From a phage, in sequence record PQ327946.1: a stretch of 64,000 nt of DNA. One strand, 5' to 3'. A model generated the notes under the pieces. It saw only the letters and a list, made by a program, of their open reading frames with translations. It made no database searches and had not been told where the DNA came from. The translations under genes were made by a program, and so were the position numbers. Below, in pieces: positions 1 through 9,633 of this stretch (the stretch's first letter is position 1; the number at the start of each line of letters is the position of its first letter).

Positions 1-152
1 AACCCGGCATTCAGTGCACCACCTAATGCAATATTCAACATCGGAATACGAGTAGGGACTTCATCACGATTATTAAACAGCTTAGACTTAGTCAAGTCTG
101 CAGTCATTTTAGAAGTAGAAGCTTTAATCAGACGAGATTTTAAATCAGACAT
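1..152 (-). CDS. uvsX: UvsX RecA-like recombinase, N-terminal ~50 codons; gene continues past window start
   Basis: ATG at 152..150; translation MSDLKSRLIKASTSKMTADLTKSKLF... matches the T4 UvsX N-terminus as I recall it; synteny with gene 42. Confidence 0.8.
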   Translation of the reverse strand, partial: MSDLKSRLIKASTSKMTADLTKSKLFNNRDEVPTRIPMLNIALGGALNAG

Positions 153-205
153 TGTATTTTTCCATAGGCATCATTATATTTTACTCATGTTTAAAAGATA
201 AGACG

Positions 206-233
206 ATTATATACTAAGGGTTATACAGCATTT
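206..233 (-). promoter_or_regulatory. Candidate MotA-type middle promoter upstream of uvsX
   Basis: Minus strand reads AAATGCTGTA, 12 nt, TATAAT, resembling a MotA box plus -10. Confidence 0.3.
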
Positions 234-252
234 AAAAACTTTAAACAGGCTC

Positions 253-801
253 TTAACGAGCCCATTTGATAATTTCTGTAATCAAATTATTACGTTCGCT
301 TGCATTAAATCCTATAACTTTGTTAGCACCATCATGATTAAGTAATTGATACGTTTGGATTTCGTTATGAATTGCAAACTCTTCAAAATATGAAATGACT
401 GTATTAAAACCGAATGAAGACAAAGTAATAAGGTCGTCTTCAAAACTTTCAGTCATTTCGTTACGTGTTAAAATAATTGTGAACACATCATGGTTTTGGC
501 AAAGACGAACATAATCCTGTTCATAAACGTCAAGAACCGAGTCCGCATCTTGTCGAATACGTCCATAAACCCAGTTACTAATATATCCACGGTCTAACAG
601 ATAAATCTTAGTAGGGTCTAAATAATTCAACATCGTTTCGAAACAGCCAACTTCATTTCGAGACTTAACATCGAAACGTCCATCAACTGTTCGTTTAAGG
701 AAATCAATCTTTACATATCTTTCACTAATTTCCATTATGTCATTAATGAAAGTTGTTTTACCAGCATTATCCGGGCCATCTACTAAAATAATTTTAGCCA
801 T
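253..801 (-). CDS. P-loop NTPase, small kinase-like protein
   Basis: 182 aa ORF; Walker A GPDNAGKTT near N-terminus; ATG at 801..799. Confidence 0.55.
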   Translation of the reverse strand: MAKIILVDGPDNAGKTTFINDIMEISERYVKIDFLKRTVDGRFDVKSRNEVGCFETMLNYLDPTKIYLLDRGYISNWVYGRIRQDADSVLDVYEQDYVRLCQNHDVFTIILTRNEMTESFEDDLITLSSFGFNTVISYFEEFAIHNEIQTYQLLNHDGANKVIGFNASERNNLITEIIKWAR

Positions 802-802
802 T

Positions 803-1702
803 TTATTCCTCGATTACGACATCTTCATATTTAGGTATATTATACGGTGAAGAAATTAAAGCGTTAAAGTAGATGAACTCACCAAGACCTGGATGGAATA
901 CTTCTTCAGGATTTTCGAAATATTGAATCTTCGGACGTCCTTTAAGAATTTGATAGTACTCAGTTTTAGTTGGATTAAAAATTCGAATCAGCGCTTCTTC
1001 AGGATACTTATTTCTGTCGAAACTATTATTTGGATCAGTTATATAAAGCGGTTGACCTAATTGAATTGCGCATTCAACCACTTGTTCAAAACGATAGCAC
1101 GGGTCACTAATTCGAAATGGATGAAAAATACCATCTAGATGAATAGGAGCCAAATCACCTACAAGACGCTGCATGATGGAAGGACGTATAACTTTCTGCG
1201 TTACGATAATCTTATTACCATCCGCACCAGCGTTAACCAGCACTTCCTTTTGACGTTCATTCAACACAGTAGTTTGAAGTGAACGATTAACCGACAACAT
1301 GTCGGTTTTTAAGAATTCGTCAATATAAAAACGCGGTTTATTAGGGTCTGCGGTGATATTGAAATTGAATTCTACATCAAAAGCACCATCATATCCAGTG
1401 ATATCTGTTATTAGAAAATCACAATCATAATAAGCAATTAATGAATCAACCACAAATTCATTTTCAGACCAGAAATATTTACGAGTGTTATACGCGTTAT
1501 CTTTATACCATAATGGAACAAACTTAAATTCTGGGAAAAGACGTTCACATTCTTTAATATCAGATGCATTACGTGGATATGTAATCACATCACCTGGATT
1601 AGCACGGTGCAAATGAAGTTGGAAGTTGCCATCCTTAAGGATAGCATACTGTCCAGTTTCATAAGACCGCATACTCAAGATAGGTACGCGGAAAATAGCC
1701 AT
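803..1702 (-). CDS. Hypothetical protein in the syntenic slot of T4 beta-glucosyltransferase; candidate novel DNA-modifying transferase
   Basis: 299 aa ORF between uvsX and gene 42; no resemblance to T4 beta-gt as I recall it. Confidence 0.5.
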   Translation of the reverse strand: MAIFRVPILSMRSYETGQYAILKDGNFQLHLHRANPGDVITYPRNASDIKECERLFPEFKFVPLWYKDNAYNTRKYFWSENEFVVDSLIAYYDCDFLITDITGYDGAFDVEFNFNITADPNKPRFYIDEFLKTDMLSVNRSLQTTVLNERQKEVLVNAGADGNKIIVTQKVIRPSIMQRLVGDLAPIHLDGIFHPFRISDPCYRFEQVVECAIQLGQPLYITDPNNSFDRNKYPEEALIRIFNPTKTEYYQILKGRPKIQYFENPEEVFHPGLGEFIYFNALISSPYNIPKYEDVVIEE

Positions 1703-2418
1703 TAGTCAAGGAATCCTTTAACATAATCAAAATCACGTTCAAACACATGGGCACTTACCATGGTATGAGTATAATCACCAACTTCTACACCACATTCGTT
1801 AGCGATATAATGAAGTAATTTTCCTTGGAGATAAAAATCCAACTGCATAACAACAGCACAGTTCTGAGAACGCATATGGCAGTGGGTATAAAGCTTACCA
1901 TCACGAATATAATAAGTCACCGAGTCAGTACATGGATATTCAAGCGTTTCGTCCGAATCAAGCAAAGCCTGATCAGAACTTTCTAGAATTTGGAACACAA
2001 CTCTTCGGGAGTTAGGCTTCTCTTTAAGTTCTTTTAGAAGAGCTGGTAATTGGGCCGCAATGCGAGGACCATAGAAAGTGTTGAAGTTCGCCGGCAAAAC
2101 ATCTGATTTTGGTTTAGAAATAAATTTAGCGACATTAGGATATGCCTTAAACGCTTCTTCTGCGTCAGTACCACCAGAAATCATAAACTTCCAGAAGTCT
2201 TCGGCATATTCATAAGAGATGCGGTTAATACGTGGGTCGGTCATTTTGAATGATGATGGAGTGTCAACAACTACTGTCATAGACCCAATTTCATTACAAC
2301 GTCCAATACGAGAATCAGTTACGAATTCCGGGTTTTCTAAAATTTCACGATTGACTGCTTTAAATGCGGTTTGAAAATCTGCGGCTTTGATATATTTCAT
2401 TGTGTTATGTTTTCCCAT
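1702..2418 (-). CDS. 42: dCMP hydroxymethylase (thymidylate synthase family)
   Basis: 238 aa; ThyA-family motifs YPCTDS and MRSQN; position upstream of gene 43 as in T4. Confidence 0.75.
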   Translation of the reverse strand: MGKHNTMKYIKAADFQTAFKAVNREILENPEFVTDSRIGRCNEIGSMTVVVDTPSSFKMTDPRINRISYEYAEDFWKFMISGGTDAEEAFKAYPNVAKFISKPKSDVLPANFNTFYGPRIAAQLPALLKELKEKPNSRRVVFQILESSDQALLDSDETLEYPCTDSVTYYIRDGKLYTHCHMRSQNCAVVMQLDFYLQGKLLHYIANECGVEVGDYTHTMVSAHVFERDFDYVKGFLD

Positions 2419-2696
2419 GTTTACCTCAATACAATTTATTATATACTCAATTCGTAAAGCTTATTTGAATTTCTTGACAATGTTGATATAACGTAAAGCT
2501 TCAGCATCGATACTTCCAAGAACACTATGAAGAAATGCATCAGCGTAGTATTCCAATTAAACAGGTTCTTTAATCACTTTAGCCGCTTTAGTTTCAAACA
2601 GGCCCATCAGGGCCTTTTTAAGAATTTGTTCGATGCTGTTAATTTTCATAGTCAAAATCTCTTCGTTAAGTTGGTGGTTAAAAGTTTTTCTAGAAA

Positions 2697-3857
2697 TCAT
2701 TCTGGGTACCTCAAAGCGTCGTCAGAGTTAGTTATATCAATAATAGATATAGAATTTTCTGATAACCCATTTTTAGATAACTGACGTTTATAATATCTTT
2801 CACAATATGTACACGTCGTCCCGCAGATTTCATTAGCACAATCGAAATCTGGATGTTTGAACCACCTTTTTTCTAAAAAGCCATCTAACAAAGAGGTTTC
2901 AATATTTACCGTATGTGAAAACTCGGTCTCATTTTCAAGAGTGAAAATGGTCTCTAAAGGCTTCCACAATTCCAACAAATTACCTTCAAATTTTTCGGAA
3001 GCATAAGCTTCAAGAACTTTCAAAATGTAGTCTGTGCTACCTGTACGTCCTGAAACTTTGAATTGAGTGATACCAATATCATTATAAAGTTTCAAATCTT
3101 GAGGACGAACAAAACGAGTTCTCAACCAGTTAAATGGGTCTGTATCACGAGCTTTAATACAGTGCTGCATTGGATACCCATTTAAGGATTTGGCATCATC
3201 TACTGTAACATCGGTGCTATGGAAAATATAGCAAGAGTCACGATAACTACAATGTGTTGTATACCCTTTACCAGCATTAGAACAGAACTCATTTACAAGA
3301 ACTTCAAATATTATATTGTTCTTATTACAAAACTCTGCTGCACGCTTCAGGAAAGAAACTGAACGGTTCTTATGAATTCCGCAGCAGACCTTTTTGATAT
3401 TATATTGGTCATGCAAGTATTTGATTTGAGTTACAGCATCGACATGTAGAATTGTTGAAACTTCAATCTCAATGTCTTTATTGACTTCACGAACAATTTC
3501 CATAACAACAGGGTTAGCGATAGTAATACGCCATACGCCTATTGACCAAAGATACTGAACATAATCCTGAATAGCTTTCTTCTTCCACTCAACTAGTTCT
3601 CTTTTTGAACCAGGATTTATCGTGTTGAGTGTATAGTTAAAGCAAATACCTAATTCGTTACAACGTTTAACGTAGTCTTCTAACATCTTTTTGTCAACGT
3701 CAGGAAGCCTAAAATCAGGTCTGGCTGCTACAAAAGCCATTTCTCTTGTAGAGCCATATACTTCGTTTATCAAGCTATTAGGATAGGTTTTATTGAGCTC
3801 TACGATTTTATCAAGAAGAGCTAAATCAAAATTCGTTCCGATTTTAAAAGTATTCAT
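2697..3857 (-). CDS. U32-like TIM-barrel protein with C-terminal cysteine cluster
   Basis: 386 aa; N-terminal pattern resembles U32 family; C-terminal CANEICGTTCTYC cysteine cluster. Confidence 0.45.
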   Translation of the reverse strand: MNTFKIGTNFDLALLDKIVELNKTYPNSLINEVYGSTREMAFVAARPDFRLPDVDKKMLEDYVKRCNELGICFNYTLNTINPGSKRELVEWKKKAIQDYVQYLWSIGVWRITIANPVVMEIVREVNKDIEIEVSTILHVDAVTQIKYLHDQYNIKKVCCGIHKNRSVSFLKRAAEFCNKNNIIFEVLVNEFCSNAGKGYTTHCSYRDSCYIFHSTDVTVDDAKSLNGYPMQHCIKARDTDPFNWLRTRFVRPQDLKLYNDIGITQFKVSGRTGSTDYILKVLEAYASEKFEGNLLELWKPLETIFTLENETEFSHTVNIETSLLDGFLEKRWFKHPDFDCANEICGTTCTYCERYYKRQLSKNGLSENSISIIDITNSDDALRYPE

Positions 3858-3914
3858 TTTTTTTGCATCCCACGTTAATTGATGCGATGGTTTTTGCAGG
3901 TCTTACTTAAATTA

Positions 3915-4316
3915 TTATAGATTCGGTTTATATGATTTAAATGTTTCGAATTCGCCTTTATTCATAAGAGCTTTGAATTCGTCAGGACGCATAGCTTTGT
4001 CGTCGATAATCCAATCATATACTGGTTTATGTGTTAGCAAATTATGGTACTTCAATCCAATGTTTGCCAAGTTCTGAATCAGACTTGGGAGAATGTCAAT
4101 TGCTATACGACCAGGACCGACTGACTTCATACCGCGAGCAGTGTAAAGCGTTATGGTATGCCCTGCATCATACAGGGCATTAATGGCAGATACCATTTCG
4201 ACGTCTGGTTTGAAGTTCACGTAATCACGATTGTTATTCCACTCTGTTATACAATCATCGACATCAAAACAAAGATTAAGCATGTTTTCTACACGGTGCA
4301 TTAGATTCGTTCCCAT
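3915..4316 (-). CDS. HAD-superfamily phosphatase-like protein (start uncertain)
   Basis: 133 aa ORF; FDVDDCIT fits HAD motif I (DxD); alternative ATG starts at 4301 or 4283. Confidence 0.5.
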   Translation of the reverse strand: MGTNLMHRVENMLNLCFDVDDCITEWNNNRDYVNFKPDVEMVSAINALYDAGHTITLYTARGMKSVGPGRIAIDILPSLIQNLANIGLKYHNLLTHKPVYDWIIDDKAMRPDEFKALMNKGEFETFKSYKPNL

Positions 4317-5986
4317 TGATGAGTGATATCGCCACCGATTGGACGATAAGAAACACCAGTTTCTTTATCAGTTAGTACCCATTTACCAGGATTTTTTGTA
4401 ATCAGAGTAGCCGTTACAGGTTCTGCTACATCATAACTAATAGTGCCGTCCTGAAGTACACGGCCCATGTTACGTAATTGCTTAGTCAGAAGTTCCATAC
4501 CTTTATAATATGCGGCTACCGCTTTAAGTGGATTATTCTTGAAATAACCACCTAATGCAATCCAGATAATTGCTACAGCCAAATGATGATACTCATTAAA
4601 CGAACTCATCTTTCCATATTTGTAAACTAATGGATTGATGTTAATAGTCACATTACAAGTTGTTTCATCAATAGTAAACTGACCCCAGGTCGGATTAGCG
4701 TTGAATTCATCATAACCTGAAACAGCATAAAGCACTTTAGCTTCATCATACAATTTTGGCCCATAAATCTTGGTTTCACCAAAATATCCACGAGGGTCGA
4801 TAAACTTGACTTCACCATTATCAGTAATCATAGTATTACTGAAGTTCGGGTCACCATGAATAACAGAGTACTGTCCCTGAGAACGGTTATGATAACGAAT
4901 AAGGTGTTCTAAAGCTTGTTTCAGCATTGGCTTCAGACGCCCAATCTTAGTGTAGTTCACATGTGTGATTTTACCAAATGAATCAATCAATGGTTGAATA
5001 CTTTCACAACGATCAATAACTTTCGTATAGAATTCTTTAGTGAAATCACGACGAACAGTTTCAGGACTTACAAAATAAGTGTCTGTGCTGAATTTCAGTG
5101 CGTCTAAAATTGCATCAACAATTTGTGGACGAGCAAGACTCGATTTGGATTTAATATATTCAAATGCTGGCTTACCTTTAATGCGTTCCATTTCAAAGTT
5201 ATTTTCATTAACAGAAACTAACTGAGGAACTGAATCTGATTTCACTTTAAGATACCATGAAATCTCATCTTTCTGAAGAGCTCGTCCCTGTTCGGTTAAT
5301 GCGAATTTAGTTACAGTTTCTTCACCAATTTCAACTGCATTAAAACTACGATTAAGTTCACGAACTTCATGAGCTTTTTCAAGTTTAGGCATATCACCTA
5401 AATCAATTAGATTCATAAGCTCTGATTTATTGAATGCGCTGCCGTAAAGGAATTCTACGAAATCACGTCCTTTGCAGTATTCATGAATTTCCTCATCAGT
5501 AGAACCCATATAGAATTCCCAGTCTTTGAACTGATAAATTCCTACAACATTACCACCTGTTGAACCTACGTTAGTGATATTTTCGCCGTCGAAATTATAT
5601 CGACATTCGTCACCCTTAACATAGATTGCGTTAACATTCCAAGACCATGAACCAAAATCAGGAATAATATCACACCAGTTAACAATTACATTATGACCGT
5701 CTAAATCTTTGTGTAATTTAGCAAGAGCATAAGCAGAACCGTACGCTTCATCAACTGTACGAATAGTCACATTGAACCCTTCTTGCTCACAATAAACTCG
5801 AACAGTTTCAGCAAATTTTGAATGAACTACTACAATAATTTCATCTGCGCCAAGGTCAGAATAAATTGTATACAAATTGCTCAGAATAGTGTCTTGTTTA
5901 TAGTTAACAAGCACCTTAGGAATATGATGCGTTATTGGATACAAACGAGTTGCCAGTCCAGCACCAAGAATAACAGCTTTTTTCAT
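4301..5986 (-). CDS. Bifunctional sugar-1-phosphate nucleotidyltransferase / APH-fold sugar kinase
   Basis: 561 aa; N-terminal ILGAGLATRL nucleotidyltransferase signature; C-terminal HGDPNFSN ... DPRG kinase motifs. Confidence 0.6.
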   Translation of the reverse strand: MKKAVILGAGLATRLYPITHHIPKVLVNYKQDTILSNLYTIYSDLGADEIIVVVHSKFAETVRVYCEQEGFNVTIRTVDEAYGSAYALAKLHKDLDGHNVIVNWCDIIPDFGSWSWNVNAIYVKGDECRYNFDGENITNVGSTGGNVVGIYQFKDWEFYMGSTDEEIHEYCKGRDFVEFLYGSAFNKSELMNLIDLGDMPKLEKAHEVRELNRSFNAVEIGEETVTKFALTEQGRALQKDEISWYLKVKSDSVPQLVSVNENNFEMERIKGKPAFEYIKSKSSLARPQIVDAILDALKFSTDTYFVSPETVRRDFTKEFYTKVIDRCESIQPLIDSFGKITHVNYTKIGRLKPMLKQALEHLIRYHNRSQGQYSVIHGDPNFSNTMITDNGEVKFIDPRGYFGETKIYGPKLYDEAKVLYAVSGYDEFNANPTWGQFTIDETTCNVTININPLVYKYGKMSSFNEYHHLAVAIIWIALGGYFKNNPLKAVAAYYKGMELLTKQLRNMGRVLQDGTISYDVAEPVTATLITKNPGKWVLTDKETGVSYRPIGGDITHQWERI

Positions 5987-6167
5987 GTTGTGGTCCTCAT
6001 TGGTAAGTAGGAGTATTGTACACTATTCTAGTTAAAGCATTCATACTTTGCTTGTAGTCCAATCATAATCCATCCGATTATAAGAGTCGGAATCATTACT
6101 GGAGCCGTTAAGCTCCAGTAGATAGTCATGACAAGCATCAATAGTAAAAGTCCTATTGTTATTGCTT

Positions 6168-6803
6168 TCATTGTTCGCCTCGTAACATGGCACCTAGTGC
6201 ACCGCCAGGGTGGAACTTAAGGAAGTCATTAGAGGTAAATCCACGTTCAGACGAAAGGTTGATAGCAAACGTATCGATAAGCGCTAACAACAATGTAGTG
6301 GACATAGTCGGAGCCAGAGAATTCTCATCAACCTCTACTGCGATGCCTGTACAGAACGTATAATCAAAAAGAGCTTCGTATTCTTGTGGAATGTCTGGGT
6401 TACAATGCAACAGAATCTGTTTGACGTTCGGACGAATCATTTTAAGATGCTTAGCCACGCCTATCATTTCTTCAGTTTTACCAGAACGACTAATATGAAT
6501 CAACACATCATTAGGCGCAATGAATCCTGCATCACCGTGAGAATAATGCCCGGTGTTCAAGTACATACTCGGGATACCGAGTGAAGCAAATGTCTCAGAA
6601 GCTTTAGTTGCGATATTAGCGTTCTTACCAACACCTGTAATAATTACACGACTTTCATAATTACTAAGTCCTGGGCGTCGAAGAGTTTCTAGAATAGCAT
6701 TATAACGAGCAGGGTTTTGACTAATTACTTTGGCCATAGCGGCCAAAGAAGAAGCTTGTTTTATGATTGCGTCAATAGCGATAGTAATAGGAGTAGTTTT
6801 CAT
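6168..6803 (-). CDS. SIS-domain sugar-phosphate isomerase
   Basis: 211 aa; ITGVGKNANIA ... HISRSGKTEE pattern typical of SIS domains. Confidence 0.6.
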   Translation of the reverse strand: MKTTPITIAIDAIIKQASSLAAMAKVISQNPARYNAILETLRRPGLSNYESRVIITGVGKNANIATKASETFASLGIPSMYLNTGHYSHGDAGFIAPNDVLIHISRSGKTEEMIGVAKHLKMIRPNVKQILLHCNPDIPQEYEALFDYTFCTGIAVEVDENSLAPTMSTTLLLALIDTFAINLSSERGFTSNDFLKFHPGGALGAMLRGEQ

Positions 6804-6843
6804 ATTTCTCTCATTTAATTAGTTTACCGTCCATGGCATTATA

Positions 6844-9555
6844 TCAAAAATCGAACATATCGAACAGAGATGCTTTCTTCTCGTAATCGAGTTTCGCTGC
6901 TGATGTGAATCCTTCAAGTGGTTTAATAAATGTCTTCTCAAGGAGAACAGTGTAGTCCATCCAATGAAGTACGTCGTCTTTAATTAAATCTGTGATTTCA
7001 GTACCAGAAGGCCATGCGATACATTTATCACCGAATGGGTTTCCTTCACGTAAAGGCAGAACATATACTTTTTCACCTTCTACAACTTGCGGTGCATCGA
7101 TATTACCTTTGATAGCACGGTTATACGTCAGAATTCCACGAATATGGAATGGGCATTTGGGACCAGGGAATCCACCTACATCATATTTAGCAATGTTATT
7201 CGCAGAAGATACCGACGCGATGCTAATATAATTCAATTGACGGAATTCTTTTTCAAACTCTTTAAAATATTCTTGTAATGATTCTTCACCTTCTTGAAGC
7301 ATACGACGAATACATTCTTTAAGAGCTTTCTGTACTGCTTTAGGAGTCGAAGATTTCTGAGTCTCTAGACCCATGATTTTGAGTTTAGGCTCAGCATAAC
7401 GAGTACCTTCCATATCCCACACGTTTAATGCATAACGTTTCTTACCAGTCCAGAATCCACCAATACCTTTAGAACCGAGTGGAGGCCCGGCGATAGCTTC
7501 TCGGTCCATGAACATTAAGTGTTGTTTATTGTTCATGTATTCACACATTTCACGGAAACCTCTATCAATAGCTGGTTCCATACGTTCACGTGCAAACTTA
7601 TCTAAGAAGTCTACCCAATGGTTGGTATCACGGAATTTAGATTCACCAACCTTATCGATAATTTTATCAGCAGATACGTAAATAGAGTCTGTATCACCAT
7701 AAAGAACGAAAGCTTCACCTTCTGTACCACAAACTTCATTCAGATATTCATTAACTTTACGTTCAATCCACTGTAAAGCCATTTGACCAAATGTTGTGAT
7801 TGCAGTAGCATTACGCAAATCGTAATAACGGAACCAAACGTTTCCAAGTGCACCATAAAGCGAGTTGATGAGCAATTTACGGTTAATCTGTGCAGTCATA
7901 CCTGCAACTTCAGTACGTTGAGCTCTAAACAACATTTCATTAAGAGATTTAGCAGACAACTTTTTAATCTTTTCTTTAATCTCATCACTGAAGTCGAAAC
8001 GATAATCAACATCTAATGGTTCGTCAACAGAAAGATTAGGATTATGCAATGCCTCTTTAATTATTTCACCATTACGTTGAGCCGCAAGCATATAACCTTT
8101 ATGTTCTTTACGTTGATTAAAGACTTTAGTGATTTCAGTTGGAACAACACCGTCACGGTCTTTATAATACATCATGCCGTTAGGAGAACAACTGTACACA
8201 TCAGAAGGACGTTCAGCAACAGCGTTAATATAATCATGCAATGGAGCTACTTTAAACGTTCCTGCTATTGTTTCCGGGCTAATATTCACTTGGCGAATAA
8301 TACTTGGATACAGAGATGTAAGGTCGAAACTCATTACATATTTGTATCGATTTGGAATAGGTTCCTTAACAAAAGCGCCGGGATAAGGTTGAACCGGGTG
8401 AGAACGACCTTGTGGAATCACCTTGTTCTGCTCTTTAAGGCTATTAAAAATAATAGCATCCCATGTTTTAATTGGGCTAAACACGGATTGAATCTGTATC
8501 TTAGCATAATAACCCATGTCCAAACTCAAGTTGATGAACTGACGCTTAGCATCAATTTGCAATACACGATACACGTCGATAATGTTATAAGAAATATATC
8601 GTTGGTGATTGCTTTCACGAAGCTTAGAAATAGGGCCGTCATATTTCAGTTTACCAACGTTCAATTCAAATTCTGAAATGTAATCCAGAGAATACGACGG
8701 TTGATTGGTAAAAGAGAATTTTTTGTAAAGGTCAATGTAATCAAGAACAGAGATACCGAATAATGTAATGATTTCACGAGAACCATACATGTTTTCGATA
8801 ACTTTAACACGAGTTTTACGATGTGGTGATAAACGTTTCGCAGTAGATTCGCCAAAAATATTCTTGATTCGGTTATACACATATGGAATATCAAATGACT
8901 CAACGTTCCATCCAGTCAAAATGACAGGAGTTTTCTGTTGCCAGAAATTGAGATATTCCATCAATAATTCTTTTTCGTTATCGAACGGCATATAAATGAT
9001 TTTATCGATAATTTCGGATGGAACTTCATCACCACCTTGTTCTTGAAGCTTAGCCGCAATTTCGATAGACCATTCTTCTACATTACCATATGGAGAATTC
9101 AATAGATCAAATACGTAGAACCTGTCGTCAATTGAGTCATAATGGGTGATAGCATCAATCGGATGTTTTGCTTGTGACGGCTCAGGGAACCCATCCGGAG
9201 ATGTTACTTCGATGTCGAAGTTAGCCACACGAATTTTTGTATGATCGTATTTGATTTCATAGTTATAAGTGTCAGACAAATACGCCAATTTGAAATCGTC
9301 CATGCCAAGTGCTTCAAGACCGATATCTTCCATGCGTTTAATCCATTGGGAGGCATCACGCATATTGGCGAACAACTTACGAGTACACGGCTTACCGTAG
9401 ATATCGAAATATTTCGTAGCCTGACTTTCCGGACAATGAGCAAACAGTGATGGTTTATATTCTACTTCACGAGTACGTTCACGGCCATTAGAATCGATGT
9501 AACGTTCAAAAATTGAATCACCAATCTGTTCAACCGTTAAGTAAAATTCTTTCAT
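6844..9555 (-). CDS. 43: DNA polymerase (family B)
   Basis: 903 aa; exonuclease and polymerase motifs (FDIE, YGDTDS); N-terminus matches RB69-type gp43 as I recall it. Confidence 0.97.
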   Translation of the reverse strand: MKEFYLTVEQIGDSIFERYIDSNGRERTREVEYKPSLFAHCPESQATKYFDIYGKPCTRKLFANMRDASQWIKRMEDIGLEALGMDDFKLAYLSDTYNYEIKYDHTKIRVANFDIEVTSPDGFPEPSQAKHPIDAITHYDSIDDRFYVFDLLNSPYGNVEEWSIEIAAKLQEQGGDEVPSEIIDKIIYMPFDNEKELLMEYLNFWQQKTPVILTGWNVESFDIPYVYNRIKNIFGESTAKRLSPHRKTRVKVIENMYGSREIITLFGISVLDYIDLYKKFSFTNQPSYSLDYISEFELNVGKLKYDGPISKLRESNHQRYISYNIIDVYRVLQIDAKRQFINLSLDMGYYAKIQIQSVFSPIKTWDAIIFNSLKEQNKVIPQGRSHPVQPYPGAFVKEPIPNRYKYVMSFDLTSLYPSIIRQVNISPETIAGTFKVAPLHDYINAVAERPSDVYSCSPNGMMYYKDRDGVVPTEITKVFNQRKEHKGYMLAAQRNGEIIKEALHNPNLSVDEPLDVDYRFDFSDEIKEKIKKLSAKSLNEMLFRAQRTEVAGMTAQINRKLLINSLYGALGNVWFRYYDLRNATAITTFGQMALQWIERKVNEYLNEVCGTEGEAFVLYGDTDSIYVSADKIIDKVGESKFRDTNHWVDFLDKFARERMEPAIDRGFREMCEYMNNKQHLMFMDREAIAGPPLGSKGIGGFWTGKKRYALNVWDMEGTRYAEPKLKIMGLETQKSSTPKAVQKALKECIRRMLQEGEESLQEYFKEFEKEFRQLNYISIASVSSANNIAKYDVGGFPGPKCPFHIRGILTYNRAIKGNIDAPQVVEGEKVYVLPLREGNPFGDKCIAWPSGTEITDLIKDDVLHWMDYTVLLEKTFIKPLEGFTSAAKLDYEKKASLFDMFDF

Positions 9556-9567
9556 TTAATTTCCTTT

Positions 9568-9583
9568 AGACGAGTTATTGTCT
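9568..9583 (-). promoter_or_regulatory. Candidate gene 43 translational operator hairpin
   Basis: mRNA AGACAAUAACUCGUCU (4-bp stem, 8-nt loop) directly 5' of SD AAGGAAA and ATG, the architecture of the T4 gp43 operator. Confidence 0.4.
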
Positions 9584-9602
9584 TTTGTTTGTTGATGAAC
9601 TT

Positions 9603-9633
9603 ATTATACTCCAAATGGGACCGAAGTCCCATT
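9603..9633 (-). promoter_or_regulatory. -10 TATAAT element plus UUCG-tetraloop hairpin downstream of regA
   Basis: Minus strand AAUGGGACUUCGGUCCCAUU (8-bp stem) then TTGGAGTATAAT, shared with promoters at 27553 and 28546. Confidence 0.45.

Noticed and set aside
2419-2526. Tandem AAGCTTTACG elements upstream of gene 42 as MotA boxes
   Set aside because: Spacing to a usable -10 does not fit well for either copy
6992-9450. Several plus-strand ORFs (e.g. 8044..8676, 210 aa) inside the gene 43 region
   Set aside because: They lie antisense within the polymerase gene, have low-complexity composition and no SD; antisense artefacts of an AT-rich gene
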